A program made the translations under genes and the position numbers. Below are positions 54,119 to 64,000 of a stretch of 64,000 bases of DNA, in pieces (the stretch's first letter is position 1; the number at the start of each line of letters is the position of its first letter). Under the pieces are notes generated by a model. That model was not told the DNA's origin, did no database searches, and saw nothing but the letters and a program-made list of their open reading frames with translations. The stretch is from Geosiphon pyriformis uo1 (Eukaryota > Fungi > Glomeromycota): positions 801,912 through 865,911 of the forward strand of contig JAAOMT010000590.1 in NCBI GenBank assembly GCA_016748015.1. The letters are read 5' to 3'.

Positions 54119-56069
54119 TGAAATGGAAAAAAAGCCAACGAACCCGATCCAAAATGCAGATGATCCAATCTATCCAAGACTGAGCGAACTGAAGCCTCAA
54201 GAGCCATCATATTCGACTCCAAACTGCCAATCTTGGCAGTCAAAACCTTAGAACTGCTCGGACTGAAATCAACAACCGACCCACCAACATTGGGAGAAGA
54301 AGAGACAGACAACAACAACGTGCTATCCAAATCCAAACCTGAGTCCATATCTGAAACAACGGTAGTTGGAGACACCAAAGGAAGAGCTAAGGGAGAAGGC
54401 GCCAATGGCACCAAGTCAACAAAACTTAATTTCTTTAAAATGAGTGAGACTTGGTCCGTGAGAATTTCCACAGAGTGCTTCAGCACAGCTAGGCAACCAC
54501 CTAGATTAGCGGCACCAGACGAGGAGGAATCCATTGAGAAAGTCTTCAAACCAGAGACCAAACTAACACCAGGAGCACCCAAAGAGACAACACGAGAGGG
54601 AGAATGGCCTGCCACTTGGGCCCACATCTTTCCACCAAAAGAAACTGGACGAGTGACAGGGGCCGACTTCTTCTTATATATCCCAGCTAGACGAACCCGA
54701 TCTTGCTCAGACACCACCTTCCTTCCTCGAACACCAGAATACTCACCCAAGGAACAGTTGACCGAAACATGACCGAATTGTTTACAATAAGCACAACTGG
54801 CCAAAGAAAGACCAGCCCAACGCAAACTCACATTTCTGAAAACTGGAACAGTACCAATAGCAGCCAACTTGGATGCCTCATCACCAAAACAAATTACAGC
54901 ACATCTATCACAAACATATGAACTAGGATTACGGCTGATATAACAAGTCTTCTCACCATATGATTCCAACAAACTGGAGAGATCATGAGCATTGGTGCCA
55001 ACTGGAAGAGTATAGAGCAAAGTCCGATGCTGATCCCTCGATACCCACGTTTGTTTATCAATATTTGTCTTTGCCACGCGGACAGAATTCTTTCCCATGA
55101 GCACAGACCATCTAGCTGCGACCAAATCAACCATCTCAGATGATTCATATTCCACCAGAGTCTTTTGCCAAAGACCAATAAGCTGCACTTTAATTAAAAC
55201 AATCTTGCCAAACTTGGAGAACACTGCCTCAATTGCTGATTTGGGAAGATCTACTGGGATTTTCTTGACAATCACCTCCCAATCTGAATGGCTGTTTACT
55301 TTTCTTAGATCATCATTTACCAATATTTTTTCACTGATTGCCATTTCTCTCGCCTTAAACAAACTTTTTTCAGATGTAAATGATGACCTTATTATTCCAG
55401 GAAATTTTGAGGGAGTCGAAGCCCCCCCAAAACCATCAACCTGATAAAAAATTTTTTCATACAAACCAACTTATCACCAATAGTTTTGCCAGGAATGGCA
55501 GATAGTTCAATATCCAATGCAAACAATTTTGATGAAATAAAACTCCGTTTCTCCAGAGCATGTGACCCGACTGGAAGAAGGCGATTGGACCCACAAAATT
55601 TAGGATTCAGAAGAGGCAGAGTGTCTTCACCATCACTTAGCATGTTGAAAGAAAGAGGTGGCGGCTTACTGTTCAGAACATAGGTGCAGGTATGCGTCTT
55701 TCTTGGTGTAGCATCATTCATGTCATCGTCCAAACCTGAAACATCCAACTCTGCATAGCTAGTTTCCTCAGTGACGACGTTTTCCAAGTTATCCAAGTCC
55801 GAGACGCCACTTACACTGTCCACTTCGCTGTTGACCTCGTTAGCCCACGATCGCCCAATATTAGGTCCGTCATCACTTTTATCTATAACGTTCGAGACAC
55901 CAGCAGACGACTCCACCAAACCATCAATCACCACAGGTTTCTTCGGCTTCTTATAGAACGCACTGCGAGATTGAAGACCAACCGAATGCTTGTTTTTGAC
56001 ACCAGACTGGGTCCCCAACCCAGCCGAAATGGACCCAAAACCACCAGCAGCAAAGCCCACCAGTTCCAT
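54115..56069 (-). pseudogene. LINE ORF1 (gag-like, RRM-type segments plus CCHC knuckle), one frameshift near 55450
   Basis: IPVDLPKSAIEAVFSKFGKIV (RRM-like); CAYCKQFGHVSVNC (CX2CX4HX4C); coiled-coil-like end. Two track ORFs (55392-56075, 54115-55464) join across an A/T run. Confidence 0.85.
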
Positions 56070-57809
56070 AGTCACAAAAAGGGGAATGTCTGAAAAAATA
56101 ACTGGAGAAAGGTGAAGGGGAAAGGGAAAAGGAAGGCTATTTCAGTGATGACTCAAAGCTCTCATTGTGACCAGGGGATCAACGAAAGAAAGAGTTTTTT
56201 TAATAATAATAATATTATTAAAGTTTTTTAAAATATATTGTTTTATAAAAAAACCTTATTAAAAACCAAAAAAAAATGTTTTTTATAATATAATATTTAA
56301 TTATTTTATAATTAAAGCTATAAAAAATAGTAATTATTTAATTTTTACTTTTTATTTTAATAAATAAAAATAAAAATATAACTCATAAATATTATATAAA
56401 TTGTAATTAATTGTAATTGTATAATTAAATCAATCTTAATTTATTACCAAAAAACAAATAATAAAATTAAAAACAAATTAAAACATTGGAAACTAGACAA
56501 AAAATTAGTTTCAATAAACATAAATACTGAAAATTTTGTAAATTTAATAATATAAACTTTGTAAATTTATTAGTTGAAAAACAAAAAATTTATACAACAA
56601 ATTAAAAATATATATTTAATTTATTAACAATAATTTAAAACCAATTAATTAATAAGTAAGCTATAAGTTTAAAGAATTAACTTTTAAAAATTAAAAATAT
56701 TGGTTATATTTCAATTAATATAATTTATACAAAACATGTTTTTTATTTAATTTTGTACAATCAAAAATACAAATTTCAATAAAATATCTAAAGTTTATCA
56801 AAAATTGAATAAGAAATTTGTAATAATGAAAACCAATGATTATATCAAGTAAAATTAAAATTTTGGTTCTAATTTTATGTAAATTTGTAAATTACACTAA
56901 AATTTTTAAAAACCAAAGTTTGTGGTAAAGATGATTGTAACGAAAATTTATTATTATTCTATTTGATTTAATAAACCTGCTGGTATTTAGAAAAAAGCAA
57001 AAGCTTGGTGTTACAGAAAATGCCATATGCACTTCAAACAAAGAAAAAAATTTTATCCAATTAATTTTAATGAGTCGCGTTGTGTCCATTCTTGCAACTA
57101 TGGGTTATTGTCTATAGTCCCGTTACAAAAATTATGCAATGAGTTAATTACGTTATTGGAAATTAAAAGTCTGTGGTCAGGAATGGGTTGTTAGATGAAA
57201 CTCATGGCATCGTGGCTAAAATTAATTGAAATGCCGGTAAAATTTGTCTTCAGTTTCACAGATGTGAAATTGGTTTCACATGGATCCAGTTTTCGCTGTA
57301 ATAATTCCATAATACCCTAAAATAACTTTGATAATCTCGTGTACAACTCCATATTATACTATGATCATGATCTAATTTATATAATTCATTGAAAAATTTA
57401 ACATTGAGGGATCCCTGGTTTCCTGTTATGTAAAATTTTCACAATTGCTCAAGCCATAAGTGTGCGCAGAAAATTGTGGGAGGTTTCTTAATTTTAATTC
57501 ATTTAGAATTCTGGTAATGTTGGGCAACAACTTAAAATCTCATTTTAAATTGAAAACTGGGTTTTGAAACTTTTTAATCCAAGGAACATTTTTATCATTG
57601 AATTAAGTGTGACCTTTTAACATCTCATCATTTCCAACTCTAAAATTCATAACTCTCCCACAATTAAAGATCCTATGCTCAAATTATTCAATGTAACACA
57701 ATTTTTTACGCGAAAAAAAGAAAAAAATGTCTGTTTTTATTTCAAAAAAGAAAAATAATTACAAAGCAAACACTAGAAAAAAATTGTTGGTGTTTGTCAT
57801 ATCCAAAAC

Positions 57810-57904
57810 TCAACACGAATTATAAGAATAACTATTGGTAAGGGTTGTAGTCGTGGTAATGATGGTAGAAGGAGAAGAAGATAATTGGGATGATGATTGC
57901 CAAC

Positions 57905-57938
<34 letters not shown>

Positions 57939-60900
57939 GTTGTTGTTAAAGATATCATTCACTATTGGCGTTGATTGTCCTATACTATTATAATAATCAT
58001 GTTGATGTAATGATGATGTATTGTGATAGTAGTGCTGTTGCTGATTTTGATGATGTTGAGAAAATTCACCACCAGTGACGGGATTTGAAGAATTATATTG
58101 TGTTTGTTGTTGCTGTTGTGGAGGTGGTAGTGAGGTAAAAAAACTCGGATTTGGGGTAAAGTGATCAATGATCGGTTCCTTCAAGAAACTCGATATTGGA
58201 GGTAAGGTGATAGATGAGGTTGAATTGGATTGCAAATGAGGTGATGATTCTTGTGATGTAGGAAATAAATGATTTGATGATGGAGAAGATGGAGAATTTT
58301 CATTTTTTCTTGAAATTGCAGGAAATGATGATGATCTTGTTGATCGGCTATGATCAGCAGATGTGTTTGGTGATTCTGGTAGTCCATGATGAGCTGGGCG
58401 GGGTGATTGAGTAAAATGCCCAGTAAATCTTGGTCTATCGATCGTCATTGAAGAGTCATTTTGATTATAATTGTTACTAATATCATTAATACCTCTTTGA
58501 CTACTTGTGCTACGTTCATACATTGTTTCTGATCGTCTAGGTGGCATTGGTCCATAATGTCCATCATATGGGCCGATATCAGCTGATGCTCTTGGTGTAG
58601 GTAATTGAGGAGTTTGAAGTGGCTCTCTTCCTAAAGGAGAATAAATAATATCTTGTTGTCGTTGAGCCTCTTCAAATTGTTGTTGTGACTGTGATTGGCC
58701 TGATGATGGTGGTGGTTGATAAAATTGCTGTGAGCTCATGCTTGCAGGTGATGTATTAGATCGGGTTGGAGTCCGAAGAGGAATTGGCCGATGAAAATTT
58801 GGATGAAGATGATTGGCGCTGAATGAAGAATCAGCAGCTGGTGGGGGCGGTGGTAGTGGTGGTGGTGGTGGTGATTGATGATAGCCTGTATTGATTACAT
58901 TCAAAAGTGGTGGTGAATTTGTTGGTCGAGAATTTTCGAATGAAGAGGAGATTGTAGAAGGGTGTGGCGATTGATCCAAAGGAGACTGCGAATGAGGATA
59001 AGGAGGATAAATATCCGTATCGGTGTTGGATGGTTCATCAACAATCAATGTTGGGGGAGGAAAATTATTAGAGGATGTTGAATTATAGTTCAATAATGGA
59101 GGCAAAGTTGCTCTACGATTAGATTGTTGGTGTTGAGATGATTGTAATTGGGGAAGATTATTATACTGTTGAGGTTGTTGTTGGTGATGATGGTGGTGGA
59201 GATGATGTTGATTTTGTTGTTGTTGTTGGTATTGTTGTTGTTGTTGCTGTTGTTGTTGTTGTTGTTGTTGTTGCGCTGATGATAGAGATTGAAAATCATT
59301 TGAAATAGATGATATCGATTTCTGTTGCGATGATGATGATTGTTCATATATTGGTTGATAAGATTCACCATTCGATAAACGATGACGACGTAATCTTTCT
59401 TCAATTTCATGGCTTGTTGAAGTTGAAGATGTTGATTCTGCCCCAACCGATGATGATCGACCAACACTACCATAATAACAATCTTCCCCTCCTGATTCTT
59501 CATGATCTGAATCATCATAGTTTTGATGATAGTTATGATGATATTCATAAATGTTTGAAGTTGGTCGTGTCAGATAAGGTGATCTTGTAATAATCGGGGT
59601 AGCGGATGACAAAAATCTTGTGTTAGTATTGGTGATATCCTCTTGTGGCGGTGGTGCTGATGGTTGTGCAGGCGAAGGAAAACTAAATAAACGTTCGTTA
59701 TTCCTTGTACCATTTCCTAGAACACCACTGAGATAAAAATTCCCGGGTCTTGATGTATGTGATGATGTTTCAACTGATGGTGCATCACCGGCGGAAAATG
59801 TTTGTCTTCTTTTGGGAGGTCTTGGGACACGTAATTGATCCATTTGTTCCATTGGGACCTCGTCATTTTCAACTTCCTCATCTTCCTCACTATGATTATC
59901 GATTCTCGCCGGTCGTTTGCTGATAAAAGTGAAGGTTTATCAATACCAGGGGTTTGACTGACGATATGACTAGGAGAAAAAAAAACTTTGTAAACTTACA
60001 TGATACGATGTTCTTTCCTTATTCTGATTCGAACACCTTGATCCGAAAAGGAACGAGATAAGAATGTTGATTCCGACATTCCAGGAAAATTCTTTGGGGA
60101 ATAAACGGTGAATGGTTCCGATAGCACAGATTTTATATGAATCACTTCATCTCTGTTAGGAAGGAGGGAAGGAGCCGGATATTTATTGATTATAGGAGAC
60201 AACCATTTAGAAGAATTTAGAAGAGTGTAATTAGTTATTACAATTCGGGGCTCACCTTACGATTTCGAATAAACTAAATCGCAATCGATAACGACCCTCT
60301 ACACGTACTGATATGTCACCAAATACAAAAAAACCTCCGTCTATCATTAAAGGTTGGAGGTTCGAAGTTAAATAAGTTAGAAAAATTGCAAAACAATATC
60401 TTCAGACATAAATTTTCTTGGAGCATAATTCGTATTCTTACAACTTACCAGTATTGTCAATATCTTTTAATTTGTGTAAGGATGATACAACGGTTCCGGC
60501 GAGATAACGTGAAGAAGAAGGAATTGCAAAACTATCACTATCATTTGTCGGGTGTACGAGATTTGCGCACATGAAATAGTATGGGCTTTGCAAAAAGTTT
60601 CTATGGGAAAAGGACGGGAAAAAAATCAGATTTTAACTCTTTGAAAGCTGATTTTTTGAAAGTTAAACAATTATTTTCTTTTTGATTTCTATTTATACTT
60701 TTATAATGTGTTTAATTTTTAGAAAGAAATATTTCTTTACTCACTGCGCCTCCTCACTATATCCATCAACCTTTAGTTGAATAATTGGAGGAGGGTCAAC
60801 TGGCCTTCGATCTAGATTTGAAATGAAATTTAATTTAGGGTGATTAGCATTCTATTCATGATATAATTATTACTTAAAACATCAAATTCTGAAGGAAAAT

Positions 60901-61174
60901 TTCCTGACCTCTTTCCTTTGAACTACATAATCGTGCTTGTACAGGTTCTTGTCGTATGATCAATTGATAATGATCACTATTGATATTGTATTTAAAATTT
61001 TAAGAGAGTAGAATTAGAATCAAAAACTCAGAAAACAATATGACCGTCTGTCAAAGATTCCAATACATTTTAAACCTTTTCAATAAAGAAATAAACCACT
61101 CACCTATCAAGTGGGGGCTGTCTATTTGACGTGTCCACAAAATTATAGGTATTTAACACTGGGTTTCTCGACAT
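57810..61174 (-). CDS. Velvet-domain transcription factor, VosA-like, with long Q/N/S/P-rich C-terminus
   Basis: [29 protein letters not shown]; [14 protein letters not shown]; [45 protein letters not shown]; [37 protein letters not shown]. Confidence 0.92.
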
Positions 61175-61850
61175 GATTTGTGGAGGTTTGGAGTACGTGT
61201 CGATTCTTATCACCCAGGTATAAATAAATAGAAAATACTAGTATCTTTAGTTCGTGGCCAAGCTTGGGGTGTTTGCACGCGTATAATCCGATTATCTTGA
61301 TTTCTCGAGTTCTCACTCGTAATTGAATAATAGATCCTCTCTTGAGAGTGGGATGAGAGCGTGGTTGATGTTGGGGAGCAAGCAGAGCTAGCTAAAAAGG
61401 CTACGAAGAAGAGCTGGTGAGATTAGGAGAAACAAATTGGGTGCTGTTATTCTGTTTCTTGGTGAATTAGTGTAGAAATTTCTTTCAGAAAGTCAATATT
61501 GTGACTTAAATATGTGTATAAAATAAATAGCTTGGGGAAATTTGTTCAGGGGTTTCGAAAACTTTTTAAGTGAAAGAAAAAAAGAGAGTTAGGGGAGGAG
61601 GCAGATAAAATGCTTTGGCAGGAAACAACGAGAGAGGGATCAAGACGGCACGATTAACATAAATAGTAGTAGGAAAGTGGAAGGACGTTTTATGTTTGAG
61701 ATTAAGTTCACCAAAAGAATATAATCTTCTAGGCTCGTTGTGTTTTCAAGAAAGGAATAGAACAACAGTGATAACGGTAAGGAAAAGTCAAAGGTAATAT
61801 AAACTGATATCAAACAAGTCACGCGCAAAAATATCGAATTTAAGAGGGAG

Positions 61851-61900
61851 GGAGCGAGCGAGCGAGCGAGCGAGCGAGTGAGCGAGTGAGTGAGTGAGCG
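61851..61900. repeat. (GAGC)n/(GAGT)n tetranucleotide microsatellite upstream of the velvet gene
   Basis: GAGCGAGCGAGC...GAGTGAGTGAGT read directly. Confidence 0.9.
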
Positions 61901-63783
61901 AAGGTGGTGGGTGTTGCGCTCTTGCAGAGGAGGTAGTGGGTGGCAACGGTTTGGGAGTGTTAACTTTTAATACAAATATAAAAAAAATTCAAGATAAAAG
62001 ATAAATATAAAAATAAAATGGCAAAGAAGTTAAGAGAAAATGAAAATAGAAAAAATATAATAAAAAAGCTTTAAAAACTTAAAATCCCCAAGTAGGGTCG
62101 GTAGTTAGGCGGCTACCGAGTAAGAGAATTAAAAGGAAAGACCAGCGGGGGGTAATCAATAATAGCGATCAAAAGTTGAAACTAGTAGAAATTCTTTCTA
62201 ATTTGAACAACCAACCCTTTCAATGAATTAAGTTTCCGATAAGAATTAAAACCCATTGAAAATCCGATATCTTACACGAAAAAAAGCTTTGAAAAAGCAA
62301 TTATAATATTCGAAAGAATTGGTAGAGATGGTAACAGGTAATTGTGGTAAGACAAGATATATCAGATATGATTATAATTTCGTTTTTTTTTTCGGAGTAT
62401 TCTGAGAAGCGAGAGCCGCGAAAGGAGAGAATTGAGTGAGCGAACGAAAGATGTTAACTAATTAAGTATTCTACCAATAATCAGGTATTTTGAAATACCT
62501 AGGGAAATGATAGAAATTATATTGGCACGATCCAATTTTTTAAAGACTCCCTACTTGATGGTAACAGAAGTCGTAACACTTTACATATTTTTGAGGGGAG
62601 GAAGGAGGGTTAGGGATCGATGGGAACTTTTTTAATATGATTCTTGGGAGATTATAACAGGGTTCGAGATAAAAGTTTGGTATATATTTATCAGGTTTTT
62701 GAACCATTATAGATATATGAAAGATTTGGTAATTATGATGATGAGTTCATCTGAAGTGGTTTCTATTTTTCACTTTTTGAGTAGAGAATAATTAGATATT
62801 TTTTTAATATTAAAAATTATTAGAAATCCGGGTATTATCAAAAAAAAAAAAACAAAACACATAATTTTAATGCAAGCTGTCGTTCCATTACGTTACCATT
62901 AAAAAAAACAAATAAGTAAACAAAAAACAAAGGGTCCAAAAAAGGATATAGCATAATGCTATCTAATTCCAGCATTAAAAAATCGAAAAATAATCAATCC
63001 TGGAATGAGTTTTTCCTGAAGTTTACAAAGAGGAAATTCAAATTATTTTGGGATTTGCATTATTAATAATGATTATGGAATATAATGGATATGGTGAAAC
63101 AAGTGATCAAAAATTCCAAGGGTTCTTTTTTCAAAAATGCACGAATGAATGCGGCATTTATAACCGATTTACATTGACCTAAAAGCGTTTGACATATTAT
63201 AATCAATGATTACCCGAGTGTTGATACTATTTTCAGACGAAAAAATTTTCACTTCTGAAATTGGAGTTTTGTCGTCCAAAGCAATGATATATATATGGGT
63301 GGGGGTGACAAAAGATTTAAATATAGCCTGTTGTAGAAAAGAAATATTGTGAAAATTAAAGAAATAATTTGAAGTGTTTCAAAGAAAATTATTCTGTCAA
63401 GTTTATTTTAAACATGAGTTTTTTTTTGGTTTTTTTAATATATATTTTAATGATTTTAATTGAACAATATTTTATTAATGCAATTTCTAAATTTATATAT
63501 TGTAATTAATTAATTGTAATTATTGTTATTTTGTTCTTTCCCATATTATATCCGCGGAAAGTTCAGGTATAAACCCCTTATAAATTTAAAGAAACTAAAA
63601 GGTTTCGCCCAGGAAATGTATTTATGGAAACTAATAAAGTCAAATTTTTTTGTTTAGCTTGCAGAAGGCTAAGTAAAAGGAAACAAAATATAGTTTATTT
63701 ATTTATTTTATAATAACTACCATCTTTAATTGTCGCACAGTAAAACATATTCACAGGTTAAAAACTAAAGTTATTATCGAGTT

Positions 63784-64000
63784 TTATTTTTCTGTGGCCC
63801 ATGCCTCAATAATCTGTGTACAATTTTCAACATCCAACCCACGTTTTATCAAAGAAACTTCTCTCGCTAAACATTTTGCAATCGCTCTAAATATTAATAA
63901 ACGAATTTCCGAATATTCCATCTCGTCAAAGTCCAAATTATCTATTAGCTTACCATACCCAAAATCTTTAGCTGGTAAATTCTTCAAATTTCGAATCATC
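63784..64000 (-). CDS. 3' end of an unidentified, probably helical protein continuing beyond the window
   Basis: Open frame ..KDFGYGKLIDNLDF..IIEAWATEK* with coding-like composition; family not recognised. Confidence 0.55.
   Translation of the reverse strand, partial: MIRNLKNLPAKDFGYGKLIDNLDFDEMEYSEIRLLIFRAIAKCLAREVSLIKRGLDVENCTQIIEAWATEK

Larger units (their letters stand above)
49296..56195 (-). mobile_element. Near full-length non-LTR retrotransposon (LINE) with RNase H, ~6.9 kb
   Basis: GC-richer island in AT-rich DNA; 5' UTR, ORF1, ORF2 overlapping by ATGA, short 3' UTR and poly(A) (T-run 49296-49308). Confidence 0.95.

Noticed and set aside
50625-55956. Plus-strand ORFs within the LINE as antisense genes
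   Set aside because: Shadow frames of ORF1/ORF2 with no recognisable motifs.
49280-56215. Target-site duplication of the young LINE
   Set aside because: Both flanks are T-runs and (AAT)n, so no unambiguous TSD can be called.

Overview
Eukaryotic, intron-rich fungal DNA. Gene style, short GT-AG introns and TE content suggest an early-diverging fungus, probably Glomeromycotina and Geosiphon-like (inference, not verified). Compact islands of housekeeping genes alternate with sharply bounded, extremely AT-rich blocks of decayed transposons. Genes: TTI1 (5' end outside the window), AMP deaminase, a Dsc2/UBAC2-like rhomboid pseudoprotease, RPB10, RNase H1, a MAM3/CNNM transporter, HSP20, ATP14, a VosA-like velvet factor and a partial unknown gene at the right edge. 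Also present: a pseudogene of a restriction-endonuclease-fold, Crinkler-like family; an Argonaute pseudogene lacking most of MID; a Tc1/mariner relic with a nested insertion; and a near full-length 6.9-kb LINE (ORF1 RRM+CCHC; ORF2 APE-RT-RNaseH-CCHC). Main observations: (i) repeat-targeted C>T/G>A hypermutation on both strands and in several dinucleotide contexts, with a graded series from young to ancient copies (RIP-like but not CpA-restricted); (ii) an apparent family of ORF1-only ('half-LINE') elements sharing the LINE 3' tail; (iii) a ~30-bp near-perfect inverted repeat bracketing a 17.6-kb block that contains the Argonaute relic. Exon boundaries and relic coordinates were read by eye and are approximate.
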